This document shows, in pieces, positions 52,545 through 63,166 of a DNA stretch of 64,000 nucleotides. A program made the translations under genes and the position numbers. Each line of letters begins with the position of its first letter. The first letter of the stretch is position 1. This DNA is from a virus (taxonomy: Duplodnaviria > Caudoviricetes), in the IMG/VR virus record IMGVR_UViG_3300042258_000341, positions 96,001 to 160,000 of that record. One strand, 5' to 3'. The notes under the pieces are model-generated. The model did no database searches. It was given only the letters and a program-made list of their open reading frames with translations, and was not told the origin of the DNA.

Positions 52545-55500
52545 TTATTTAAGAATTGGTCTGCCGAGGGGTAGATAATTTGCACAAAGATTTGTATTCG
52601 GATATCCTACAATACTTAATGATCCGTGACTCTTCATCAAATACAAAGATTTATCAAGAGTAAGCATATCTACTTGAATTCCTTGTATATAGTTGCTTAT
52701 GGCTGACCCAGCAATGCCTCTCCAAATAGCTCTTACAGGCAATGCTGTAGGAGCTAACACTGTTTTTACTCCGGCTAAGGAGTAAGAGGAAGCAAGATAT
52801 CCTATTTCGGAGTCAAGTAATGAGTCTTGAGTGATTACAGGGTTGCCTTGCACATAAGCGGGAGTTAATCCTTTGTTATAATCGACCCACAAGGAGTAAG
52901 TAATAACTTCATCAGATTGACTATCCGTAATAAAATTAACTTTTTGACAATTAAACAACGAATTAACATCTTCGCCATGAAAAGAATAAGAAACATTATA
53001 GGTGTGATTAACAAAAACATCCCTAAATTTAGAGTCTTGAGGATTTCCAGCAACCCCAGTGCCTAATGTAGTCAAATACAATTTATCAGCTATCTTTTGA
53101 AATGCTGTAACACGCCGAGTAGTGTCAATCAAACTCCTATCCAGCTGATCCGCCATTGCTTCGTAGAACACAACGACCTGAGAGTTCGCTGCCGGAGCAT
53201 GGTTCATGGTTCCTGTGGTAGAATAGACTCCTGTAGTTGAACTACCTGTGTTTGCCGTGTCGGTCATTGCAAGGACTGCGTGAAGGATGCGCCAGTTGGT
53301 TCCATTGTAACCGGAAAACCACATTTTGTAAGTGGAACCGTCTTTGATGACTGAGGGGTAGTAGGTGTATGTGGAGTTGAGCCCATTCGGTTCGGTGCCG
53401 ATGTCCATTGCAAGAACTGGAGTTGACCATGTAGTGCCGTCGATGGAGGTTGAATAGAGGATTCTGAAGTTACTGCCGTTGGAGCCTGAGAACCACATTT
53501 TGTAAGTTGAGCCGTCTTTGATGACTGAGGGGGTGAAAGAGTAGACGGAATTGTAACCGTTAGGTTCGGTTCCGATGTCCATTGCAAGGACAGGGGTTGA
53601 CCATGTGGTGCCGTCTGTTGATGTGGAATAGAGGATGCGCCAGTTGGTTCTGTAACCGGAAAACCACATTTTGTAAGTGGAACCGTCTTTGATGACTGAG
53701 GGGGTGAAAGAGTGGACGGAATTGTAACCGTTAGGTTCGGTTCCGATGTCCATTGCAAGAACTGGAGTTGACCATGTAGTGCCGTCTGTTGATGTGGAAT
53801 AGAGGATGCGCCAGTTGGTTCCATTGGAGCCTGAGAACCACATTTTGTAAGTTGAGCCGTCTTTGATGACTGAGGGGGCGTAAGAGTGGACGGAATTGTA
53901 ACCGTTGGGTTCGGTTCCGATGTCCATTGCAAGGACAGGGGTTGACCATGTGGTGCCGTCTGTTGATGTGGAATAGAGGATGCGCCAGTTGGTTCCATTG
54001 TAACCGGAAAACCACATTTTGTAAGTGGAACCGTCTTTGATGACTGAGGGGGTGTGAGAGTGGACGGAATTGTAACCGTTAGGTTCGGTTCCGATGTCCA
54101 TAACAGCGCCTTTATATTGGAAACCCATCAAATTACTTGTCCTACTATGAGAATCCACTGGGAGGTTTCCGTCATTTATTGGATCAACAGTACTTCCAAA
54201 AGGAATAAAACCAATACCATTGTTAGGAAGAACCTGTGTTCCATCGACATTGAATTGGCAACCCAAGAAAGAATCATTGTTCTGATAGGGGATTCTGTTC
54301 ATGAACCCTGATCCGGGTTGGAAGGTGAGGTATGCTTGGATGTGAATAGGAGTGTTGGTTGGCATTAATGCGTAACTAATGCCACTAATAGCAGTAGCTA
54401 AACCACTCGCATTAACTTCATAGCCCAAATCAGGATTGTATGCGACTGTAGATGTTAAGGTAGCAGGGCCATCGCCAGTTGATTTTGTCCATACTCCAAG
54501 TTCGGGCTCGGCTTTATAGGTATTAGTATTTGATATAAAACGAATTGTGTTATTAACAATGTCGATTTGAAATACTTTATACGTATGTGAGTCTGGGGAC
54601 ACATAAAGGTCGTTTATTTTAACTCCTGCGACAGAAGATACTTTAAGTCTATCCGTTATAGAATGCTTTTTGGTCGTTGTAGCGGGGCCACTACCACTTA
54701 TTTTTGTAAATGTGCCAATCGAGGTTGGCACAGTAGAACCAGAAAACCAGCCTGTAATTTGTGTAACTCCTCCCGCTATATTGTGTCGAACCCCGGTAAT
54801 ATTAAAATCTACTCCATTTGGAAATTGATAAATATCCCCAATGGCGAAATTAGCATCATAAACCACCGAAATATTCGTATATGTTTTATCTTCCAGTGTA
54901 AATACTGCAGAATCTCCACCCAAACCCGACCAAGTACCAGAGACATTAAAAGAATCATAAGAAGCTAAATATTCTGCACCAGCTCCCCACTTCAGATGTG
55001 GTCTGCGTGTTGAGATTTTTGTACGAGAAGCATGAGATGGGTTTTCGTCATTACCGGATTTAAGATCAGAAGCGTCAATGGTAAGAGTTTTTGTGGAAGA
55101 TACATAAGTAAAAATGGATGTTGGATTAACACCATCTACACTCATATCAGGAATGAGTGCGGTAACAGCTTGTTCGCCACCAACATCTGAAAAATAGTTT
55201 CTGATTCCATCTAAACCAGACTTAACACCATTCTGAGCGGTTGGAACATTGATCACTTCCCAACCTGCATCAAAAGGAACAGAGCCAACTAAGCCTTCAG
55301 CTCTCATAAGCTTAGTTCCATAAATGTTAAGGTCTTTATATGTTCCATTACCATCAGAATCACTCATAAGAGGTTCAAAAGTAGTCATCAATTTTGATTC
55401 AAGAATCTGATTCAAATTCTTTTCATACATAGAATCAAAATCAAAGTTATTATCAATAACACCATGTTGTCTAAGATCACAAACATCATTGAAATGAATA

Positions 55501-56669
55501 TGGTCACAGAATTTACCATCAGGTCTTCCAGAAACGCCAGAAGCAATAGTTCCAGCGCCATTAGGATTGGTAAGAGACCATGCGGTTGAGTTTCTGCGAT
55601 GAATGATTGCGAGAGGAACGGCTCTTACGATACTATCAAGAGCTAAAGAAGCATCAACTGCAGCAGAAAGACCTGCATCTGTAGAAACAAACGAATAAGA
55701 GATTGCCGAAGGAGTTGCAAGTTTACCTTGAGCTTTAATGTTGGTTGTATCGCCGTGAGGCATTGAAGTAAGGTATGAACTCACACCGTTTACAACACGG
55801 ACTCTGTATCGGATCTGATAGTAATTACCATCATCACCTTTAATTGTGTTGTTGTCGGGGTTTGCAAGGAATTTTTCGATATTAGCATCATTAGCTTTAA
55901 TGTAAGCACCATGCCCACTTGCAGAGGCTAAGTAAGCAGGGTTATTTCCACCGGAAGCATCTGCAGTATAAAGAGTACAACTATTAAAAGTTGTAAGTGC
56001 ACCTTTGTCGAAGTTTACGGCTCCATTCGGGAAGAGAACATCATCTGCAGCTCCGATAACAACCTTTTCTTTCCATACTTCAAGGAAAGCAAAGTCAAGA
56101 CGACTTCCGGTTGAAGGAGCAGCTCCGAGGTTGATTAACATCGAGGCATTATATTCGGGACGGATATCAAGGTTAAGTTTATATCCATCCACGTAAATAT
56201 TCTTTGGAGTTCCGGCAAGAGCTATGTGATTTGCAAAAGTAGTTGTTGCTGAAGCCAAAGGTTGAGTTACAAGAGAAAAATCAGAAGTTGTTCTTGCTGT
56301 AGTAAGATCGATATCCAATTCATACATTTTGTTGAATTGAGCATAATCAAAAGAAGAAGGAATTCGGTCTCTCATTGCACGAGCGGCGATTTCAAGGGCT
56401 GAATTGTCTTCATAAGTGGATTCGTTTTCCAAATCTGTAATTGCGTTATCGATTGCAGTTAATTTTGCAGAAAGAGACGCTTCCCCGTCACGAGCTGTAA
56501 CAACTTCAGATTCTAAAGCATCGTGTGCGTCACGAACCGCATCTACGTTGTTGTGTAATTGAACAAGAGGTCTGTTCAACACGCCGTCAGAATTTCCACT
56601 AACTCCACCAGAAACGGGTTCCCCGTTCTGAATATAAGTTAAATTTTCATTCGGAAGAGTGGTAGTCAT
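52545..56669 (-). CDS. long tail fibre with a five-bladed beta-propeller repeat domain
   Basis: baseplate-attachment N-terminus (NGEPV..GVLNRPL), RLDFAFLEVW, GRPDGKF; five 58-aa repeats PSVIKDGSTYKMWFSG..I.YSTS.DG.TW. Confidence 0.85.
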   Translation of the reverse strand: MTTTLPNENLTYIQNGEPVSGGVSGNSDGVLNRPLVQLHNNVDAVRDAHDALESEVVTARDGEASLSAKLTAIDNAITDLENESTYEDNSALEIAARAMRDRIPSSFDYAQFNKMYELDIDLTTARTTSDFSLVTQPLASATTTFANHIALAGTPKNIYVDGYKLNLDIRPEYNASMLINLGAAPSTGSRLDFAFLEVWKEKVVIGAADDVLFPNGAVNFDKGALTTFNSCTLYTADASGGNNPAYLASASGHGAYIKANDANIEKFLANPDNNTIKGDDGNYYQIRYRVRVVNGVSSYLTSMPHGDTTNIKAQGKLATPSAISYSFVSTDAGLSAAVDASLALDSIVRAVPLAIIHRRNSTAWSLTNPNGAGTIASGVSGRPDGKFCDHIHFNDVCDLRQHGVIDNNFDFDSMYEKNLNQILESKLMTTFEPLMSDSDGNGTYKDLNIYGTKLMRAEGLVGSVPFDAGWEVINVPTAQNGVKSGLDGIRNYFSDVGGEQAVTALIPDMSVDGVNPTSIFTYVSSTKTLTIDASDLKSGNDENPSHASRTKISTRRPHLKWGAGAEYLASYDSFNVSGTWSGLGGDSAVFTLEDKTYTNISVVYDANFAIGDIYQFPNGVDFNITGVRHNIAGGVTQITGWFSGSTVPTSIGTFTKISGSGPATTTKKHSITDRLKVSSVAGVKINDLYVSPDSHTYKVFQIDIVNNTIRFISNTNTYKAEPELGVWTKSTGDGPATLTSTVAYNPDLGYEVNASGLATAISGISYALMPTNTPIHIQAYLTFQPGSGFMNRIPYQNNDSFLGCQFNVDGTQVLPNNGIGFIPFGSTVDPINDGNLPVDSHSRTSNLMGFQYKGAVMDIGTEPNGYNSVHSHTPSVIKDGSTYKMWFSGYNGTNWRILYSTSTDGTTWSTPVLAMDIGTEPNGYNSVHSYAPSVIKDGSTYKMWFSGSNGTNWRILYSTSTDGTTWSTPVLAMDIGTEPNGYNSVHSFTPSVIKDGSTYKMWFSGYRTNWRILYSTSTDGTTWSTPVLAMDIGTEPNGYNSVYSFTPSVIKDGSTYKMWFSGSNGSNFRILYSTSIDGTTWSTPVLAMDIGTEPNGLNSTYTYYPSVIKDGSTYKMWFSGYNGTNWRILHAVLAMTDTANTGSSTTGVYSTTGTMNHAPAANSQVVVFYEAMADQLDRSLIDTTRRVTAFQKIADKLYLTTLGTGVAGNPQDSKFRDVFVNHTYNVSYSFHGEDVNSLFNCQKVNFITDSQSDEVITYSLWVDYNKGLTPAYVQGNPVITQDSLLDSEIGYLASSYSLAGVKTVLAPTALPVRAIWRGIAGSAISNYIQGIQVDMLTLDKSLYLMKSHGSLSIVGYPNTNLCANYLPLGRPILK
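53280..54101 (-). repeat. five tandem 174-nt coding repeats (one of 171 nt)
   Basis: ACCACATTTTGTAAG recurs at 53318, 53492, 53663, 53837 and 54011. Confidence 0.95.
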
Positions 56670-56722
56670 ATATTCATAAACTCCTATTTAAATTTTTTCA
56701 GAAAAAATGAAAGATGAAAAAG

Positions 56723-57277
56723 TTAAAATAAAATAGACCATTCGAAGGTAATTCTTCGTGTGGAATTTTTTACAATTGCCGGGAAAGTTTCTCTTGCAAA
56801 CATTGTTGCATTATCATTACAGAAAAGAGCAGCTTCACAGTATGCAACAGTTCCGCTACCATTACCTTCTGCTTTTTCTACAACCACTGTAAATTTAACA
56901 GAGGTTTCTGCAGGAGGAGTTGGGAGATAAGTGTCATTGCCATGATCGATTGCTTTAGAGAAAGCAGGTTCTTCCAAATCAGTATCTGTGATTGTTGGAG
57001 AAACGGGAGTAAGGATATCCCCCGGGGCGTGTCCTCCGGTTCCGAGTTTAAAATAATCGATTTTGTAAATAGAATTGGCATCAGAAATTAAATGTGCCAA
57101 AGCTTTTCTCGCCCCATTTACAATCAGATTACTTTTTTCATGATGCAGGGTTTTCACTCCATCTTCTTCTATCCAACATTTAACACTACCTTTTAAGGTA
57201 AGGGTGTCTTCAATAGATTGAATTTGAGAAGTGCCAAAATCGACTTTGGAGTTTATTTTGTCTTGAATGGCAGTCAT
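56723..57277 (-). CDS. tail-collar/baseplate fibre-attachment protein
   Basis: NLIVNGAR, LGTGG, EAALF, MFAR..FP.IVK, FEWSI. Confidence 0.75.
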   Translation of the reverse strand: MTAIQDKINSKVDFGTSQIQSIEDTLTLKGSVKCWIEEDGVKTLHHEKSNLIVNGARKALAHLISDANSIYKIDYFKLGTGGHAPGDILTPVSPTITDTDLEEPAFSKAIDHGNDTYLPTPPAETSVKFTVVVEKAEGNGSGTVAYCEAALFCNDNATMFARETFPAIVKNSTRRITFEWSILF

Positions 57278-57377
57278 AAATCTTTTTCACACCTTTCACA
57301 AAAAATAAGTATTCTCATCTTAAGAGAAGAATAAGACAAATCTATCAGATAGAATTAAGAAGAATTTAAAATATTTT

Positions 57378-60300
57378 TTATGTTTCATCAATTGTATAAG
57401 TAAATGTAGTGTTGATGCTATTTGTGGGGTTGAATGTTGGATTAAATTCGTAAGGAACTTCCTCTTCCCCTGAGAGATAGACGGGGTTTATTTCATCGGT
57501 TGTGGGGGTGAGTATTAATGCTTCCGATTCTTCATTCCCAAGGACAACCGGAACTGTTTCATCGTTTACAATAAATTGTTCAGAATAATCAAAAGAGGTG
57601 TTATTTTCAAATTCCGAAGAGCTATTTACTGTCTCAACAACACTCATAAAATCAGTATCGTCTTCTTCAATAATGCAGGTTAAGAAACTGCTAACTCCGT
57701 ATTCAGCAGAAGGATTCGAAGTGGGTTGTCCGACAACTCCTTCGCCCACAACAAACGAGCTTAAAACAAGATCAGATTCGGAAGTGCTTGTCGGAAGAAC
57801 AATCGGAGTATTTGTTGCAAATAAACTTTGTAATGCATCTGATTCAAAATCGATTGTTAATTTAGATACTGAGTCTTCGGCTACATGTTTTTCAGCATCC
57901 CCTACAAGCAGAGAATCGGAAACAAGAACTCCTTCAGAAGCTCCGCCGACAAAATTAGAATTTCCGACAAAGATATCTCCCACGGCATCTGTTTTGCTCA
58001 CATAATATGAATTACTTACAGAATGATTCCCTATTGTTTCCGGGAATACGATTTCTTCAAAAGCTGTTATTTGTTCTTCGTAAGAAAGCGTATCCAAAAC
58101 TGGAATTTCTTCTTCTATAATTTCTTGTGCTGGGGTTATTTCGAAAGTAGAGTAAATATTGTTGGAGTAATCTGTAGAAACAAATCCTGTTGGAGATTGT
58201 GCGACAAAGACATCAACATTTGTTACAGGGTAAGTTTGTCCTGCGATTAAACCGTCCCCGATAAAATAGAAGTCTCCGACATTTACAGGCATATCTCCTG
58301 CGAAACCAACAACAAGAGAATTATTCCCGACAACGGGGAGTTCAATATTGAAAGTTTCTGTAAATTCAGATGTATCTACAGAAACTTCTAAATTACTGTA
58401 GGGGTCGGACTCTACATAAGCATTTCCGGTAAATATTCCAAAACCAACTGCCGGAGAATTGCCCACCGAGACCCCTTCCACGGTGTCAGCAACATTATAA
58501 TCCCCGACAAAACCCATGCCTATTGTATATACTGTTCCCACAGAGAAAGCTTCGAAATCCCCCACTACCGGGGAAGCTCCTACAAGTTTATTCCACAAGG
58601 AATCTCGAATGTTAGAAGTCAATTCGAAATCCGATAAACTTGTTTCTACGGTGTCGAGAACAGGAATTTCTTCTTCGATTACTTCTGCGGTGAGAAGAAC
58701 ATCGGTTGTGGAAGCGATATTCATTTCACTTCCGGTTGCAATTTCATCTGTTGCAGAAACATTTACGAAATGTTCCACAGTATTTATGTATTCAGATTGT
58801 CCAACAAGTAATCCGTCTCCAACAAGATAAGGATTTCCGTCTATTTCTTCATGCCCTTCTCCGACAACAGAATCATACCCAACAAGAACTCCGGTATCCC
58901 CTACGGTTAGATATACAAAATGTGAACTTCCGATAAGAGCTGGAATATTTCCGATATATCCAACAGTTATCCGAGGATCCCCGACAACCGGCAATTCGAG
59001 CAAAAATCTTTCGGTAGAAACAGAGAATTCTTTTTCTACTTCGAGGATGCAATACGGGTCAGAAGCTACATAATCAGTTCCTGAAAATTCGTAATATCCA
59101 ACAACAGGAGAAGCCCCTATCAAAATATTTTCTACGGTATCCCCTACGGAGTAATCCCCAACAAAACCGGAGCCGACTTGATATATGCTCCCAACGGTAA
59201 AATAATCAACACTACCTACAGTTGGGGAAGCTCCTACAAGTTTATTCCACAAAGAATCTCGGATGTTAGAAATTAATTCGAAATCCGAAAGATTTGTCTC
59301 TACGGTGTCGAGAACAGGGATTTCTTCTTCGATTACTTCCGGATTTATATCGAATTCCGAAATTTCGTAAATTACATTTTTGGAGTCTCCAACAAAATTT
59401 GTTCCATCCCAAGTTGCCAATTCCCCGACGAAATTGAAACCTTGCCCCACTTTTATTGTGGGGGTTACTGTATTTTCACTTCCGACAATTAAACATGTTC
59501 CAGTATACAGTAACGGATTTCTATCCTCGTAATGTTGCGGAAGAACATTTTCTCCTACGAAATAAGACTCCCCTACAAACAGCTCAATCTGTCCAACAGT
59601 TAAGAAATATGTGGTTTCCGGGAAGTAAGCATGACCCCATTCACCCACCTGCAGACAGGAAGTGTAAAATTGTTCTTGGAACGTAGTTTCGGTATAAGCT
59701 TCGAACCAAGTATTGAAATAATCATGTCCGACAAAAAGATTTGTATCCCCGACAAATTTATCAGGGTCTCCAACCAAGAAAGGTTCGTAAATATCTGAGA
59801 TATTCGAAGTAAATTTTGTTTCTTTTTCAATATTTGTAATTTCTTCGACAAAAGAAATATTTTCTGTTAAGGAGTTTTCTGGAGTAATAAACAGCACATC
59901 TCCGGGCTGAGTGTCTACAAGGTAACTATCTCCTAAATTGTCCGGAGGTTGTACAAAGTTTTCATACCCGACATAAATTCCACGGTGAATATCACAGTTA
60001 TTTTCAAAAGCCGTTTCGGTATGTGCTTCGATAATAGAAACTTTACAACCGGAAACAATCGGACAACCTTCTGAAATATTCCCTTCGTGTAATAAGTTAC
60101 CCACAGACAACCATGCGGGGTAGGTAAATGAGGAATTATCCAACCAGTAAAATTCTTGACCGACAATTAAATTCCCATCTCCAACAATCGGTAAATCGGA
60201 AACTGTTTCGGAATATCCGACAAATCCAGTATTTGTCCAACCATCATAATTTATAGGGTCGTTGTATTCTGCAAAAGATCGGACAACAAACGGATACCCT

Positions 60301-61097
60301 TTGTATTGAAAATCCCCTACTTTTAAACCCGTTTCTCCGATATATGGGTATTCCTGATAAAAAGGGAACCCCACTTGTATCATATTGGGGCAATTCATTA
60401 CATACGGAGAATATTTATCGTAAAAAACTTCTGCGAAATACCAGAAGAAATTCTCAGAAACATCTACGTAATCTGTTAATGTTTTAGCCCATCTTATTTC
60501 TGTAAGAGTGACACAAATCCAAAGTAATCGAGTTGCAAAGTCTTTAAACTTCCCCTCAGTATCTTCAAAAGCTTCGTTTTCTCCGAGAAGAGCTTCTTCC
60601 GGGGAGCCTGTTCGGGGTAAAGCCCATTTATCGTATTTATTACAAACCCCGATAGGTCTATGTTCCAAACCCAGCTCAAGAACAATAGAGCATTTAGGAA
60701 CTTCACTTTCCCATCGAGGATCCCCTTCTTGATACCATTTGTTTATGTCATACCACTCGTAAATAGTGGCTTCCATGTCGAGGAGACGTAAAAGGTATTT
60801 AAGTCCTTTTTTCGTTCCTTTTATTTCGTAAAGGTTAGAGAGAATAATACAAAGAACTTTAAATTGTTCAGAATCAACATCAAAGTCAATAAATTCAGAA
60901 GACCCGAGTAAGGATAAGCATTTTTCGTAATCGAAATTTGCATTTTTTATATCGTAAAGGGCTTTGAGAAAATCTATGTTTTTTGTGTGATAGGCGTCTA
61001 AAACATAGTCAAGAATTTCCGTAAGTTTCGGATAAAAATCGTAATTTTGAAGATTCTCCGGTAAGAAATTCTTAGATTGAATTTGATATTCTGACAT
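57378..61097 (-). CDS. baseplate protein (P2 gpI / T4 gp7-like N-terminus) with a long acidic VG-repeat extension
   Basis: YEIKGTKKGL..IYEWY N-terminal domain; follows the wedge gene. Confidence 0.7.
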   Translation of the reverse strand: MSEYQIQSKNFLPENLQNYDFYPKLTEILDYVLDAYHTKNIDFLKALYDIKNANFDYEKCLSLLGSSEFIDFDVDSEQFKVLCIILSNLYEIKGTKKGLKYLLRLLDMEATIYEWYDINKWYQEGDPRWESEVPKCSIVLELGLEHRPIGVCNKYDKWALPRTGSPEEALLGENEAFEDTEGKFKDFATRLLWICVTLTEIRWAKTLTDYVDVSENFFWYFAEVFYDKYSPYVMNCPNMIQVGFPFYQEYPYIGETGLKVGDFQYKGYPFVVRSFAEYNDPINYDGWTNTGFVGYSETVSDLPIVGDGNLIVGQEFYWLDNSSFTYPAWLSVGNLLHEGNISEGCPIVSGCKVSIIEAHTETAFENNCDIHRGIYVGYENFVQPPDNLGDSYLVDTQPGDVLFITPENSLTENISFVEEITNIEKETKFTSNISDIYEPFLVGDPDKFVGDTNLFVGHDYFNTWFEAYTETTFQEQFYTSCLQVGEWGHAYFPETTYFLTVGQIELFVGESYFVGENVLPQHYEDRNPLLYTGTCLIVGSENTVTPTIKVGQGFNFVGELATWDGTNFVGDSKNVIYEISEFDINPEVIEEEIPVLDTVETNLSDFELISNIRDSLWNKLVGASPTVGSVDYFTVGSIYQVGSGFVGDYSVGDTVENILIGASPVVGYYEFSGTDYVASDPYCILEVEKEFSVSTERFLLELPVVGDPRITVGYIGNIPALIGSSHFVYLTVGDTGVLVGYDSVVGEGHEEIDGNPYLVGDGLLVGQSEYINTVEHFVNVSATDEIATGSEMNIASTTDVLLTAEVIEEEIPVLDTVETSLSDFELTSNIRDSLWNKLVGASPVVGDFEAFSVGTVYTIGMGFVGDYNVADTVEGVSVGNSPAVGFGIFTGNAYVESDPYSNLEVSVDTSEFTETFNIELPVVGNNSLVVGFAGDMPVNVGDFYFIGDGLIAGQTYPVTNVDVFVAQSPTGFVSTDYSNNIYSTFEITPAQEIIEEEIPVLDTLSYEEQITAFEEIVFPETIGNHSVSNSYYVSKTDAVGDIFVGNSNFVGGASEGVLVSDSLLVGDAEKHVAEDSVSKLTIDFESDALQSLFATNTPIVLPTSTSESDLVLSSFVVGEGVVGQPTSNPSAEYGVSSFLTCIIEEDDTDFMSVVETVNSSSEFENNTSFDYSEQFIVNDETVPVVLGNEESEALILTPTTDEINPVYLSGEEEVPYEFNPTFNPTNSINTTFTYTIDET

Positions 61098-61108
61098 AAA
61101 TTACTTCT

Positions 61109-62731
61109 TTACAGGTTTTCGTTGTAAATGTCGTATTGTTGCCCAACGACAGTGAAGATGTTTTTATCCAAAACAATTTCGGTATCCGAAACAATTTGTG
61201 TAACGTGTCCGGAAAGTTGTAATTCCGGATTTACAATTAAACTTCCTACAGAAATAGGTTGCATTGTGAAATGCGCCGCAGAATCAATCAGTCTATTCTG
61301 GGTAATTTGTGTGACAGTTGAAGAGCTTAGATAAACCCAGTAACCGTTGTTAGTTGGATCGATATCCACAACATAATCTTTATTTGCAGTTACAATTACT
61401 TCCAAAGAGACCAGCTTGAGATATCTATCAAATTCAAGAGTCTGATCTGAAACAGGTCTTACGAGATAAACCCTGTTTACCCCTTCGACTCTCGAAACTT
61501 CCGAAGTAACTTGCCCGATGTGAAAGGTAGTGCCTAATTTCATCGTGTACTTACCCACGGTTTCTCGGATTGTTTCTTCGATAGACGTTTGCCCAACCCC
61601 TTCATCCACAATACAAACCATTTTCATTTCTATCCCGATTCTTTTAGGGGCAACCAGAATTATTTGTTCTCCGATCATTTTATATGTATCAAGAAACGAA
61701 TACATAGTTTCTTTTTCGGTAATAGAAGCATAATGTTCATCGTCGAAAAGATAAGAAAGGAGCATTGTGCAGCAACCTTCCGTATCTTTTTTGTAATTTG
61801 CAGAAATCAAAGAGCCTGAGTAGTTCATGAAAATATAAATATGGTCACTACCCGTAACCATTCTTCTTTTTGAAGTTAAATACCCCGGGGCGACTGCCGC
61901 CATTTTAGCAATAGAATCAGCATTGTATCCGGGATTAAGAATTTGCACCGAATTTATTGTGCAATCCAGATTTTTAGTTAGCTCCGAAGGAGTTATTCCT
62001 GTAGCCCCTAAAACACCTTGAGTGTTGATGTAATTAAAAATAACTTCATCATTTACTCTTAATTGATATCCCAAAACACCATCTCCGAAAACCAACAAAA
62101 CCCCACCGCTGTATGTTTTTATCATTACATTTTCCGGTAAGAAATTATCTGCGTATCGAATTAAATCTCGTTTAACCCCCGCAACATATAATTCAAGGGT
62201 GTCTCCGAAAAGATTTGTATCGATCCCGGTGTCAAGAATTAAAGTATTTGCGAATTTATCATTACTTGTGGAAATAAAAGTTGATTGTTTCCAATCCCCA
62301 ACAACACATTCCACTTCATTATCCCCACCGAGAAGTGTTTGTGAATACAACAAACTTACACTTCTGCCCCGGTAATAAAATAAAGGAACTTCTCTATCCC
62401 AGAAAGTATTTAAAGAAAGAGTGAAATTAATTTTCAATCTTGGGGCAGAAAGCCTTTGAACAGGATATCCGACAATGTTACAAATATTTATTGCGGAGGT
62501 TTGCAATCTACAAGAATCCAAATACGATTCTCTTCTTGCCCCCATAGAGTGAAAACTTAAATAAGTACCAAGCCCGGATAACAATTCTATTTGTGTCATC
62601 CCTGCACCGGATTCGTAAAAATCTTTCCATCTTTCTGAATCCGGCAAGTTCTGCACATATTCAACGATGTCTGCTTTTATGTTATCGAAAGATAAAGAAG
62701 CCGGGTCGATTATTTTAAAATTATTACTCAT
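61109..62731 (-). CDS. baseplate wedge protein (T4 gp6 / J-like)
   Basis: LSFDNIK, ESYLDS, VFGDGVLG, Y..TQG..G, RRMVT..D. Confidence 0.85.
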   Translation of the reverse strand: MSNNFKIIDPASLSFDNIKADIVEYVQNLPDSERWKDFYESGAGMTQIELLSGLGTYLSFHSMGARRESYLDSCRLQTSAINICNIVGYPVQRLSAPRLKINFTLSLNTFWDREVPLFYYRGRSVSLLYSQTLLGGDNEVECVVGDWKQSTFISTSNDKFANTLILDTGIDTNLFGDTLELYVAGVKRDLIRYADNFLPENVMIKTYSGGVLLVFGDGVLGYQLRVNDEVIFNYINTQGVLGATGITPSELTKNLDCTINSVQILNPGYNADSIAKMAAVAPGYLTSKRRMVTGSDHIYIFMNYSGSLISANYKKDTEGCCTMLLSYLFDDEHYASITEKETMYSFLDTYKMIGEQIILVAPKRIGIEMKMVCIVDEGVGQTSIEETIRETVGKYTMKLGTTFHIGQVTSEVSRVEGVNRVYLVRPVSDQTLEFDRYLKLVSLEVIVTANKDYVVDIDPTNNGYWVYLSSSTVTQITQNRLIDSAAHFTMQPISVGSLIVNPELQLSGHVTQIVSDTEIVLDKNIFTVVGQQYDIYNENL

Positions 62732-62749
62732 TTTAGGATAAAACCTCTT

Positions 62750-63127
62750 TTACCTGTTTTTATAAAGCGTTCCTGAATATGTGTAAAAGTCCGAATCGGA
62801 CAAACCTCTTACTGTAAAAGTAAGAGAAACATAATAAGTGTGTTTATCGTAATCCGGGGTAATACTTGATTTGGAATAATCAAGATCAACTCTTGGCTCC
62901 CATTTCTGTATTGCAATTACAATTGTATCGTAAAGAGCAGCTACAGTTAATTCATCCATTGGTTCAAAAAGTAATTCTTCTATTGCAGAACCAAATTCGG
63001 GAAGAAAAAACCGAGAGCGTAAAGAAGTCCCCAAGATATTACCGATTGACTGGTAAATAGAATCCAGATCAGAGACCAATGCTCTTTGTGTGGGTGAATA
63101 TTGATTTACGTCAGAATATATTGCCAT
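62750..63127 (-). CDS. baseplate protein gp25/W-like
   Basis: IYQSIGNILGT..R.FLPEFGS..LLFEP..AIQKWEPRV. Confidence 0.92.
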   Translation of the reverse strand: MAIYSDVNQYSPTQRALVSDLDSIYQSIGNILGTSLRSRFFLPEFGSAIEELLFEPMDELTVAALYDTIVIAIQKWEPRVDLDYSKSSITPDYDKHTYYVSLTFTVRGLSDSDFYTYSGTLYKNR

Positions 63128-63166
63128 AACAACAATACAAATTCCAACATCAAAATAAAAGTAATT

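Noticed and set aside
53242-54015. Alternative-frame ORFs (244, 94 and 62 aa) within the fibre repeats
   Set aside because: By-products of tandem repetition of a stop-poor, GC-richer unit.
53280-54101. CRISPR array
   Set aside because: Units are 174-nt in-frame coding repeats with no unique spacers; the Cas4-like gene has no cas neighbours.
52545-56669. Complete diversity-generating retroelement
   Set aside because: No reverse transcriptase or non-coding template repeat in the window; kept only as a testable possibility.
51476-56669. Invertible tail-fibre cassette driven by the serine recombinases
   Set aside because: No flanking inverted repeats or opposite-strand fibre fragments were seen, and both recombinases are IS607-type and distant.
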